The notes under the pieces were generated by a model that searched no databases, was not told the DNA's origin, and saw nothing but the letters and a program-made list of their open reading frames with translations. A DNA stretch of 62,683 bases, the filler included, from Klebsormidium nitens (lineage: Eukaryota > Plantae > Klebsormidiophyceae), in NCBI GenBank assembly GCA_000708835.1. It is 4 parts of 4 records of this genome, joined end to end, with 100 filler letters (N's around TTAATTAATTAA, not from the genome) between each part and the next. Parts side by side here need not be neighbours in the genome. Positions count along the whole stretch, not along the records: positions 1 to 24,945 come from DF237852.1; 3 more parts are not named here. One strand, 5' to 3'. The translations under genes and the position numbers were made by a program. Below, one piece after another: positions 1 to 12,000 of the stretch. Position 1 is the stretch's first letter. Each line of letters begins with the position of its first letter.

Positions 1-1173
1 GCAATCGTGAAAAACCTCAGGTACAAAACTTATTGACCCGGGTGTATTACTGCAGCGCCGCCTTATCATGATAGGGCATGCAGCCTGCGGGAATCCAGTC
101 AATTCAAATCACACCGGTTGATCGAGTGCGTGCATGCACTACTACCTAGCTAGTATATCTTTATTTGGACCTTCGTATTGAAGGAGTAGATCGAGTATAA
201 TTCTTTATAGTGTACGTAGCTGAGCTCAGCTAAGCTAGCTTGGTCAGTAGGCCGTAGATTCGAAATATAGGTGCCCCGTGTGCCAAATTAGATATGATGC
301 CGCACCATCGCGATCTACAGTCACGGACGGCTAGGTTGAAATTGTTGCAGTGACGGGTTCGACAATGCGGCGCAAATCATGAGTATGACTCAGGCATAAA
401 GATGTCAAAGATGATCAAAGATATACGTGAGCAGTCATGATTATTGTATAATTCAATGCCACGCAATCTCAAGAGCGAGCTTAAGTGCACGTACTGGCAT
501 GTAATACAATCCAAATTGAGCAATCAAAAGATGCGAGGGCTTCATCTATGCGTCCAACAACTCAGGCTTAGGTTTTATGAAAAGCGGATCACCAACGCAA
601 TCATGCAAACCCGGACTCTCCTTGTCTACAAACTCAAGTGGGCACTTGCTTTTACGCTTACATGTCAGAGCAACACCAACAAACTGGACTGATGTCAAAG
701 CAAAAGTGACAATTGAATTTGACATCAATGTGTAGAAAGCGAAACTAGTCTAAGCGTGTCTTATCTTGTGTAAGGAAGGTCTCCGGTAGGTGGACATCTC
801 TGATCGACCGGATCTGAAATGCATAACGATGCTACCTTCTCAACACGCTAGATGCATGAGCCCTAACAGATCACACGTAATCAGTTTCAGTCACCATCGT
901 AATATACAGTCAAACTGGCTACTGCACGCAGTAAGCAAGTCAACAGCTTGAAATGGTGCAGTCGGTGTATCAATGCCACCTAAGATGCTACTAGCCCGAA
1001 AACCCTGGGTTGACGGCTCTGGACCTGAAAGCCCTCGGACTCTCGACCCTCGCAAAACGCTCAATCCTGGTAGCACAAACGCCCCCGAAAAAGTACACTT
1101 TCTACTCCACGCCCGTCTTCTCCCCCTTCCAACAACGCCAAGTCCAAGGTCACCTCCCCTTCCCATCCACTTT

Positions 1174-4100
1174 CTAACACATGGTGACGGAGCAGTCCGG
1201 CGGCGGTTCATCCGGATCAGGCAGCAAAAGCAGGCTGCTCCGCCCTGAGTCCCGACTCGGAGTCGCGTCAAACATGCCGCCCCCACTGTCCATGGGCCCC
1301 CCCGCTTTGCCCAAATTTGCCTCCTCCTCCAAGGCACTGGGCCCGCTCGGCGCCGAGAGCGCCCGCCGAGCGGCAGCCGCCTCGATGCTTTCTCCCGGAA
1401 CTGCTGTCCTCCGGGCAGCCGCGGCTTCGATGCTTTCCGCAGAAATACTCGGGGGCCGCGGCGCGGGCGCGGGCGCAGCCACAGGCGCAGGGGCGGCCGG
1501 TTTGGCCGCTTTCGCCTCCTCCTTCACAGGACTCGGCTCGCTCGGCGCCGAGAGTTTCTTCCGCGCGACCGCGGCTTCGATGCTTTCCGAAGCATTTGCA
1601 AGCGTGGGGCGCGGCGCAGGCACCTCCGGTTTANNNNNNNNNNNNNNNNNNNNNNNNNNNNNNNNNNNNNNNNNNNNNNNNNNNNNNNNNNNNNNNNNNN
1701 NNNNNNNNNNNNNNNNNNNNNNNNNNNNNNNNNNNNNNNNNNNNNNNNNNNNNNNNNNNNNNNNNNNNNNNNNNNNNNNNNNNNNNNNNNNNNNNNNNNN
1801 NNNNNNNNNNNNNNNNNNNNNNNNNNNNNNNNNNNNNNNNNNNNNNNNNNNNNNNNNNNNNNNNNNNNNNNNNNNNNNNNNNNNNNNNNNNNNNNNNNNN
1901 NNNNNNNNNNNNNNNNNNNNNNNNNNNNNNNNNNNNNNNNNNNNNNNNNNNNNNNNNNNNNNNNNNNNNNNNNNNNNNNNNNNNNNNNNNNNNNNNNNNN
2001 NNNNNNNNNNNNNNNNNNNNNNNNNNNNNNNNNNNNNNNNNNNNNNNNNNNNNNNNNNNNNNNNNNNNNNNNNNNNNNNNNNNNNNNNNNNNNNNNNNNN
2101 NCGCCGAGCTCCTTCAGCGTCGGGAGGAAGCCCCGGGCCGCCTGGACGGTAGAATTCGCCGCCTTCTGGACGGTAGAATTCGCCGCCTGGACGGTAGAAT
2201 TCGCCGCCTGGACGGTAGAATTCGCCGCCTTCTGGACGGTAGAATTCGCCGCCTGGACGAATTCTACCGGAACGCTGTCCGGGAGACGGAACTCAGGCAC
2301 GGTGAAATTCGTACCCCGGAGAACGTACACTCCGAGAACGGACGAGAGGAGCACGGAGGCGCCGGCCAGGAAGCGGGAGGCGGACCGGTAGTTCTTGTAC
2401 TCGACCTCCATGACCTCGTCGATCGCCTTTGCGACATGTTCGGGAACGTCGGGGCCGGACAAGTACCCCACGTCGTCCTGCGAAGCATGCAACGGGAAAA
2501 TGTTGAGAAAGATGCAAGCAACAAAGACTCCTTCAGATAAGGTGGCGAGGGGAGAGGGCTTGTCTCAATGTGACCGGCAAGTCCAAAACTTCGTCGTTCG
2601 AAGTCGAAGTCCATATATTCTGGGAAACATTCGACGGGAAGCGGTTGAGAATGATGAAAGCAAGAAAGACTCCTTTGGAAAAGCTGGAGAGAAAAGTAGG
2701 CTTGTTATCAATGACACCGACAGTCGTCGGCAGCGCCGATGTCCGCCAATTCCTTCTGAAGAGCATGCGACAAGAACTTGTGGAGAAGGATGAAAGCAAC
2801 GAGGAGTCCTTCAGAAAATATGGGAAAGAGAGGAGGCTTGTCTCAGTGACAACAAGAAGGCGGCATTTCCGCTGGCAGCGTTGGTATCCTCGAAATCCTT
2901 CTGAAAAGCATCCGACGGGACGTTGTTGAGCATGATGAAAGCAACGGAGAGTCCTTCAGAAAAAGCTTAAGAGGGAAAGACTTGTTCTAACAAGTCCCAG
3001 AAGTCTGTAGGTTCATTGGTAGCATGGGGTGTCCGCCATAACCCCGAAGAAGCGGCGATGGGAAAGGGTTGAAACAAAGAAAGCAACAGGTGGGAGAAGA
3101 AGAAGTGCCACAGCAAGATCCGAAACTTTGTCAACAGCTTAGGATCCCGCAAATCTGGAGATTAGTGTGACAAGAAAATGGTTGAGAACGAGGATGCAAC
3201 AAGGGGTCCTTCAAAACGTCGGGAACGGAGCTTTATCTGGCGGGCTGACAACAATGACTGACGATTGAAATGTTGACTGTTCACATTGGTTTAAATCCTC
3301 AAATTCGACTCTGGCGCGCCACTTGGAGTTGCATTAGTATCCGTTTCAGAAACTGAAGGGAGCACTCTTCAGGGCTAGCATATCAAGGTTCACAGCAAAA
3401 ATTGTTGAGTTGCATGTCAAATTACACGCAACCTTCGAAAGCAAGGGATTGGGCATCTAGAGAACACGCGTTTCACTACAGTAAAAAACGACAGGGATTT
3501 TTGGCCTTTACCACGCTCAGTCAAGGGATATTAACCAGACCCAAACCGCGGTCACCATATAAGAGGCACCTGACAGAGCGACAAGCGGGTTTGCTTTAAA
3601 ACGGTATCTATTTCGGTTCTCACCTCGTCACGCTTTCTAGCAGCCGCCGAGCTAGCCATCTCAGCAAGCTCGTCGCCCACCGAGGGGTCCTCGCTAACCG
3701 CCGAGTCCCCGCTAACCGTCTCGTTAACCGCCTCGTCCTCGCTAACCGCCTCGTCCTCGCTAACCGCCTCGTCGTCGCTAAGCGTCTCATCCTCGCTAAG
3801 CGTCTCGTCCTCGCTAGCCGTCTCATCCTCGCTAGCCGTCTCATCCTCGCTAGCCATCTCCTGCTCGTCAACCGAAGATTCCGCACTGACCAGCAGATTC
3901 TCTTCAGCCGGCAGATCCTCGCTGGCCGATGAATTCTCGCCAATTGTTGCATCCCAGCTGCCCCACGATTTCTCGCTAACCAACGATTCCTCCCTGACCG
4001 ACGATTCCTCGCCCGCTGATGACTCCTCGCCGACGACCTCCGCGGCAGATTCTACGTTCTCTTCTTCGAGCGCCTGCGCCGCCTGTGCATCTGCCAGCTG

Positions 4101-7100
4101 CTTTAGCAGAGTGGCCACCTGTAAGAACTGAGGCGACTTCAGGCTCCGCTTCATGAGTCCTTGACAATTGCATCCTTTTCGCCCTTTGTCAGATCGTCAG
4201 AAATGTTTGTCAACCAAAAGTGAAGCAGAAGCCATTTGCACCTGCGGAAAGAAACTATGTGACCAGATTGCTGCCCCCAAGACTTGGGCAAATTCCGAAT
4301 GACTTCCTCAATAAGATACGCCATTCCTATAAATCGGGCAGACTTGACAAGCAGTAGTAATGTTTGACAAGTGGGGCGAGCTGAAAAGCACCGGGTGCCT
4401 TTATGAAGCAGTTCTCAAAGCAGAAATTTGCTTGACAAAACAGGGCAGAATCTCAAGATCTTGAACCAGCTGCCCCTTAACCTGCTTCTTAAGGTGAATC
4501 AGGGTGTCTCAATGTCAGGCTCTGTTCCACAGCCTAGGGGTCCACAGAAGGCGGATTGAAAATCGGCACTTTCAATTGCAATCTCGTCTACGAGCGACCA
4601 TTTGCAACAGGAGCAATGCACTCAGACACTTCACAGAGGGAAACCAGGAAGCAGAATGCAAGAACAGAGATCAACTGACTCATCGGCCGTTGTCAACAGG
4701 GCCCCTGGAAAAGACGAACATGGACTCTCATGTGCAGACACAATTCTAGGCTCCAAGAATCAACAGTTTAGAAAGGCACCTTGCTCCATATGTGGGTCTT
4801 CGGAGAAGATTGTTGCCAGCAAAAGTCTCCATTGATCCTAAAACGTGCTTACCATACCTCTGCCCTAAAGATTTGAAAAGTCATACTTTCAAGTCACCTG
4901 ATCCAGAACGCAATCTAAAAATCTCCAACAAGTACTGATTCTGCAGGTGGGCGTAAGCACCAGAATGCTGACTACAACCTCCTCTTGGTTTTCACGTCAT
5001 CTTTTCAGAAAAGTGGGACTTGAGTAGAAACCTGGAAATATGTTTTAGGACCGGTCAGAACCTCGAAATAAGTATCACGCGTCAGAACCAAATTTTAACA
5101 TCAGGGTGGACTAAATGCAGGAAAAGCATATAGTAGAGAAGTGGAGTCCACTGTCAGAAGAAGACTGATGCTTGATTGAGTGCCCTGTTGCCCACACCCA
5201 TGGTTGTCATCTGGTCGATGCTTGTTTAGGTGCTTGTAGCCAGTAACTGTGATTGAACTCTGGTTGGTGCTTGATTAGGTGCCATAGCCAGTAACTATGG
5301 TTGAGGTCTGGAAGAGTATAATGTCTAGGTTACTTAGACGATAAGCGCAGGGTTTTGGAAGTAGCCTGCCTGGAAGAGGGTGGGGATAAAGGGAGATTTG
5401 CGCTTATCTCACCTATCCTACAGAAGTGTAAGAAGTGCCTCTCATTTAAGCTGGTTTGAGGAGAACTGGTCCTTGTGAGCCTCACCTCTTCTTGCGATCT
5501 GATCACTTCCTCCTCCAACTTCAACCGCTCCCGTTCCTTCTCCGCAAGCATCTTAGCCTGCTCTGCCCGTTCGCGCTCCAGCGCCGTGTGTTCAGTCTGG
5601 ACGCTCAAGACCTGCGCCGACAACCAAAGTAAAGAGTTGACCCACCATATTGTCTGAGCACATAGAGAACCGATTTCCTTTTTATCTTTCTTATGTCACT
5701 TTCTCTGATATTGAAAGCAACTGAAAGTGCTCAGGCGCATTTGTTTAAAATCTTGTGCCCTGGACAAGCAGCCTCACTGCACTTGCATCAAGCTGAACCC
5801 CAGCCTGACTGCAGCATGCTGGGACCCATAAAGGAAAGAAGGGTCAACAGCAAGATGGCCCATAATGCACTTTCTTCGGATCAAAATAACTATGTTCACT
5901 TTCACAATGTGGACGCCTTGATGTCTGTTGCAGTGATGAAAGCATCGTCACGAGATATGTGCGTGCAGACTCTCCTTAGCGCAGAACTTGACCGCTTCTG
6001 AAAGTGTTGAAAGCAGCAAGCCAAGGCCAATGCCACAGCAAGAGAATCTGTGCCAAAAACCCATTCCTCGATTTGCATCAAATCTTGGAAAAAGTGTCTG
6101 AGATAAACACTTTGCTTTGCTCTGCATAACGCGACAAGACAAGAATTGTTATGTAACAACACAACATTGAAGACACATGCGAATCTCAAGTAAACCTTCA
6201 AAAGAGAGCGTCTCTGGAGGACATTGCATGCTCGCATGGGGAATGCCTTCTCGTAGTGCCCTCCAAAGCGGGTAAGTAAACTCAGCTCACTCTGCACTAA
6301 GGCATACGGAAAGTGGGTGAAACACCGAACCCTACTTTCTTGATCAGTTCCAAAACAATGCGTACCCTCGTTTGCGGCCAACTCCGAAAAGGGAAAACCG
6401 AGGGGAATGGCCAAACTCAGCGACTGCCGCTTTACTGACTTTGTGTCCCTCGTTGTTTGTTTCATCAATCTTGCACCTAGAATCTGCTAGAGCTCTCAAA
6501 ATAGCTTCAAAACAGCTCTTAACAAAGGCATAAACTCTGGTTCTGAGCGGCTGACCTCTTCCTCAAGCTCGGCTTGGTGGCTGCGCATACTCCGATGGTC
6601 CTGTTGCACTGTCTCCACCGCAGTCGACAGGTACTCAAACCTCTCCTCCAGCTCCATCTTGGCCGTGACGGCCTTGTCGAGCGTCGCCTCGAGGTCTTTG
6701 CACTGCCGCCGCCAGACGTTCAACCGCTGCTTGGCCTCCAAGTACTCACGAAGCGCGGCCGCAGCCTCGACGATGTTGTTGTTCTCGATCGCGTAGTTGC
6801 ACGCGCGGCACCGGGGTTGCGGCCCCTGCGACCTGTCCCGACTCACCGCAAAATCGCGCAGCTCTTTGACGGCCCCACAGTCGACACATTGCTTTGCTTG
6901 CACCCACGCCTCCTCCGAAGACAGCGTCATGTGGTACGTTGCCTTCCTGCAGCGCATTGCGAACGAGCACGCAACGCACGCTCGGCACGTTGTCCTGCGC
7001 CCCTTCCCCGCCATCTGGAAATCCACCAGGGGCTTGACGATTTGGCACTCGTCGCATCGTTGTTGGGTCGCTGTCGCAATCCTGTTGGTGCGGCGGCAAC

Positions 7101-7818
7101 GAGCAACTCCGCTGGGTTGCTGGCTCGCCACTGAAATCCTGTTCGTCCGCTGGCCCTCAGACGCAACCCCATCCATGTCCTGGCTCTCCAACGCACCCCC
7201 ATCCGCATGTTGGCTCTCTGCTTCAACCCCACTTGCCTCCTGGCTCTCTGTTTCAACCCCGTTTGCATCCTCTCTGTTCTCATCAACCCCGTCTCCGTGC
7301 TGGCTCTCCAGCGGAACCTCATGGCTGTTGGATGCAACGCCGTTCAAAAGCTCGCTGTTGGATGCACCACCGTTCAGCTGCTCGCTGTCAGATGCAACCC
7401 CATCCAAATGCTCGCTGTCGGATGCAACCCCATCCGAAAGCTGCCTCTCCAGAACCTTGGTTGCAAACACCACGGCTCTCTTGCGGGTCGGACGAGCGAG
7501 TCGTATGCAGCGGACACCATTGGACGATGGCTCAATCCGAGCCATGCACACTCCTTTCCGTCCAACCCCTGCACTTCTGCTGTTCCCCTTCCTTTCCCCA
7601 CTGATCCCCCATCCTTGCTCCAAGGTGCTGGAGTACAATCCCCAGCTGCCTAAGAAACGTGTATGTGTAAAGCCAGCAACTGACGGCTGCAGAAAAGGGC
7701 TTCTGAACGATGCATCACCACAGGCGGGGGAGGCCCTCAGGCCTGATGTGAACGACTTCTGTTTCAGCACACCTGCATGCGGCAGGGATTGCAATATGAC
7801 TGCCATCTCACCGGACAA
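1174..7818 (-). CDS. Multi-exon orphan protein: N-terminal extension, 10-aa repeats, two CxxC...CxxC Zn-ribbon motifs, coiled coil, acidic repeats, one TM helix, repetitive Ala/Pro/Ser tail
   Basis: Exons 7818(start uncertain)-6556, 5611-5486, 4118-3624 and 2477-(gap)-1174 join through GT..AG boundaries, all phase 0 (AELEEE|VLSVQ, QEE|VATLL, RKRDE|DDVGY). Contains CDEC..KPLVDF..CRAC and CVDC..KELRDF..CRAC, and the hydrophobic stretch FLAGASVLLSSVLGVYVL. Frame across the 1634-2101 N gap is unresolved. Confidence 0.7.
2137..2264. repeat. Coding tandem repeat of 21/24-bp units GCCGCC(TT)CTGGACGGTAGAATTC, encoding (K)AANSTVQ on the - strand
   Basis: Five full units plus one partial unit read directly. 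Confidence 0.95.
2500..3215. repeat. Degenerate ~140-bp tandem repeat inside an intron
   Basis: Anchor GATG(A/C)AAGCAA....GA(C/G)TCCTT recurs at about 2511, 2653, 2789 and 2934, with a weaker copy at 3193. Confidence 0.7.
3690..3860. repeat. Coding 18-bp tandem repeat encoding SEDE(T/A)(A/L/V)
   Basis: Repeated CTCGCTA(A/G)C..CTC(G/A)TC units; the protein reads SEDETASEDETASEDETLSEDETLSDDEAVSEDEAV. Confidence 0.9.
7160..7440. repeat. Coding degenerate 30-bp tandem repeat encoding DGVASDSEHL-like decamers
   Basis: DGVASDSEHL/DGVASDSEQL/NGGASNSELL/NGVASNSHEV/.../NGVETESQEA/SGVEAESQHA/DGGALESQDM in ORF 6496..7818. Confidence 0.85.
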
Positions 7819-9092
7819 ACATAGCGGTGCGCTTCACAGCTCTCTCCCCTTGAATCAACTACTCTTCTCACATGTGCTCGTGAATCATTGGATGTTCTCT
7901 GCAACCCTGGCGCTCTCTAGCTGGCCTCGAACACTTCTCCTTCAAGTTTGCTTCGTTAGATACCTAGAACTATCTTTCCCCTTGGCACAGCAAAACTCTA
8001 GCTGGATAATGGATTTATCCGACAATTGGGGCCGCGGCAGGCCACAAATTCAGAAGGGGCTACTGGACAACCAAACATTGCTTCACTGCCGTACAATTTT
8101 CAATCCCGCTAAAACGAACGCTTCAGATGTCTCCTGGTGAGGATATTTGTGGTGAGGTTGTGAAAATAACGAGTCGAAGCCTGTCCCTCAAATTGGTTTT
8201 GCAAGCCCCCGCGTAAATCTTGAGACTAGTGGCTTCCATCCTATTGAGCTGCGTAGGTATAGGTAAACCGGTAGGTCGGTACGTCACCGTGGTTCAACAG
8301 ATTCACACGTCAGAACTGGACATCAAAAAGTCCCCGGTTGGATCGAAGGCCTTTTGAGTTTTCGGCGTGCCTTTTTCCGCTTGCCAGTCCCAGCTTTTTC
8401 ACTTTATGCTGACGTGGCTTCGAGTTTCCCGCGAGCGGCGCACGTGGTCCAAAAAGCGTCCAAGATATTTGTGGATAAAGTGAACTGAAATCTGCAAGCC
8501 ATCCGGAGAAAGAAGTCCGTTGGATGAGTGTTAGTTTACATGAACGGCCAGGAGGCGACGGTGCAGAAATGGCACCCTCGTCTGGACTCATCGAATTCAG
8601 TCACTCATCAGGCCGAGTCAGGAGACGGTTTCAGGCCAGCTTGAATTGTCATGGCTTGCCAGGCCAATGGATGTTAATATTCCTCATCTTTCAGGATTGA
8701 ATAATGAACTGCGATTTATCATTTCTGGCCCCACATTGTACTTGCATCTCAAAGCTCGTATTCAGCCTTGAAGATTGGTATAGCATCTAGTAACATCTTG
8801 CATCTGAACATTGGGATTTGAAATCACGCAGCTGAAGAATTATCCACACACGTGAGGTGAATGATGACTGGTAGTGCAAACTTCCTCTAAGCAACAATCG
8901 CTGCCACATACATCAAAGGCGAGCCTCCCCTATCAACTACTACCAAAGCATAACCAAGCCTTTTAAGCTCAATTGCTGCACGCGAAATACGCCGCCCCCA
9001 GCCGCCTGCCTACCACACTGGAGCCGTCACACTTTTATGATCTCACTGATTTAGTTGCTGCAGTACTAGCCTAACGTCCTCTCCTCCTTAAC

Positions 9093-12000
9093 CTACTCTT
9101 CGTCCTCGTCAGACTCCTCCTCGGCCTCGCGCAGCCAATCCACAAACGGCTTGGCCTGCTCGCGCACCACTACACCCACCGCCTTCGGGACGCCGACGTC
9201 AGCATTGCATCCCGCACCCGCATCGTACCACTCGAGAATCACCTCCTCCTCAACGGCATCCGAATCGTACAGCTTCTTGAGCACCAGCGCAACGTCCTTC
9301 TTGGCAGCCGGGAAAGTGACGCCAGTGAACACTTCAATGGCAGCCAGGAGGGCGCGCTGCGCATCCTTCCCGCCCTTGGCGAAGGCGGCCAGGAACGGCA
9401 GCTTCTTGGAGACTGACTTGGAGAGGGTCTTGGCGGAGTCACCGAAAAGCGCCTCAAACAGGGCGATCGCTGCATCATGCAAGGACAGAAAATGAGTCCA
9501 AGACTTCTTGACGACAGCCGATTTCTGGCGGAACACAATTTTGACATAATTAAGAGCGGGCATCATGGCTGGACAGAAGAAATTCATAATGCAGACATCA
9601 GCGAGAAGGAGAAGAGAGGTTCTAATCGTTGCCTCTCCACAGTCGCTCAGAAAGAACGTCCCATTAGAAACTTACTTTAGTCGACTACAGGAAACAGGAC
9701 GTTTGTGGGAAAAACTCGAATTGCCAACAAGAGGCAGGTAAGGTATGTAGAGTATCACTCTTCCGCATATCACCAACCAGCCAAATAGCCCTTTCTGGGC
9801 CTACTACTTACAGCCATGACCAACCGAATGCAAATCTCTGGAACCAGCAGGATCAGCGACCCAACCATGTGTCCTATGATGTCTCCCAAGCTTAGACCTC
9901 TGGACGCGTCGGATGAGCAATACAAGAAACAAACCTGGGATTCCTTGTACCCACTGATCGAAAAACCGAAACTGATCAGTCATCCGTAAAGTTCTAAGCC
10001 GACGAATGCTTCAACCGGGAGTTTGATCTCTCCTTACCTTGTTCCTCCGCAGAATCTGCCTCTCCGGCGAGGTACTTGGTAGTCGCAGCGACGTCGTGAT
10101 CCTCCATGTAGCTCTTAAGGTCCGAGACGAGCTTGTCGTGGAGACTGAGCGCCGCCACCTCTGCAAAGCAATTTTTGACAGCGATGTTAGATTTCCGACG
10201 ACAGAGAACGCCATCCTCAAACGCGCGTTGCAACATGAGACCGCGCCTTCAAATTTTTCCTTGTAAAGGGCTCGCAGCAAACGGCTCTCGAACAGCAAAC
10301 GGCTCTCAAACAAACTCTTGGAAGCCGTCTTCTTAATGCTCAACACATTCCAGCTATAAACCAAACCATCTGCTCAACCGGATCGGCGGCATACGGTAAA
10401 GCAACCACTGTTCTCTAAGCCAGACGAAACCAAGTTTTGACGGACCAAAACCTCAGATGGCACAGGAACAGAGATGGAAAGCTGATTATCTCGCCACATT
10501 CTCAATAAGCATCCCACAGTTTCGTCCAGGGCGCCTACAACAGACTGCCTGCCCCGGAAGCCGTTTACACAGACGGCCTCGAATGAACAAGGGGCGCCTC
10601 TCGAATTCACAACTTTTGAGTTGCACCCCAAGCAGACTTTTAAACCTTCGGGCATCCCGTCCAGCATACTTTCAGCACAGATTGGGAGTAGAAGTCATCC
10701 GCATGGGGCATCAACAGCACTTTGGGAACAGACGACAATCAGCTTTTTGGAATTTTTGCATTACTACCTCGGTGTACAAAGTAATGTTCGCAAGCGTCCT
10801 TACCGTCTACTGCCTCCTCTTCTTCCTCTTCAGGCTCAGGTTCGGGGCTTTTCTCCTTCTTCTTTTCCTTCTTGGGCGTCTTGGGGGTGCCGCTTCCGTT
10901 AGCGGCTTTCTTGGCGTTAATCGTGGTTGGCTCCTCGTCAATGACACCGTTGCCAGCTGTCACCATATTACTGCAATAGATATGACAAGGTGTGAGGCCA
11001 AGCTGGGCAGGAGTTAGTACGTTCTCTGCAGGATTTCATGTCGCCAACTGCCGGCATGTTCGTGCAGAGAGAAACAGTCACTGTGAAGTGCGGTTCTCGA
11101 AATAATAAGCTTCGAACGCATTATTGCAGGAAGCAAGGGGGTTTGCTAGGATCCAGAAAGAAACAGTGAAACGACTTGCAATCAAAAACTGTCACACCGC
11201 AGGTACACACTTGTCTCCAAAGGACTGGCCTGACCTACAGTCCTCCAATCTTCAGCAGCAATTTCAAATCTCTCTTCGGCACCTTGTTTATTCAAATGCT
11301 CCTTACTCAAGGACTACCACTTCTCACCTACATCAACCGGCACCCTTGCTTGCAAAACCGAAGTACAAAAAATCGAATCCTTTACCGCCCTCAAAACTCA
11401 TCCCTCACCTGGTGACCTCTGTCAGCTGCTCTTGCATGCGCTGCTTGACGGCGCTCGCTGACGTGTCCGTCGCCCACTCGACCTCATCGTCCCCGTCTTC
11501 CACGTCAGGAACGCGCGGGCCAGGGCCTGTAGGAGACTCCACCTCATCATCATCCCCGGTCTTCTTCTCCTTCTTGGACTTGGACTTGCCCAGCTTCTTC
11601 TTAGCCTTCTCCTCCGCATCAATGGCCTCCCCTGCCTTGATGCGCTCCTTCTCGGCCTTCCGGAGCCTGCCGGAAATAAGCGGAGGCTCGATTAACATTG
11701 AGGTGTAGATGGTGGTTTTCCTGCATGCCAATTTTCATATTGCGCGCATAACCTGCTCCAGTAAGAAGAAACCTGATGACATGCTCCAGGTCGAAGTAAC
11801 CTGCTGATCCAACCCAATCTTTGATCAACTCCAAGCAGATCGAGCCATAGCCTCTGGATAAACCTGTCGACGACAAAGAACAGAAGCACCTTTGAAGATC
11901 TATGAAGTGGTTGAGCGAACGCTACACTAGACAGGCACGAACCACCAGCATGCTCAGAACACGACCAGACGTGACAGCTTAAGCAAACACAAAATGACAT

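Noticed and set aside
444-728. Short ORFs 444-692 (+) and 546-728 (-)
   Set aside because: No recognisable motif or splice context.
2137-2264. CRISPR-like appearance of short regular repeats (also the ~110-bp units at 52845-58445)
   Set aside because: Units are contiguous with no unique spacers, there are no cas genes, and the context is eukaryotic coding or intronic DNA.
1181-2540. ORFs spanning N runs (also 48182-49042 and 48265-48864)
   Set aside because: Length is an artefact of translating through gaps.
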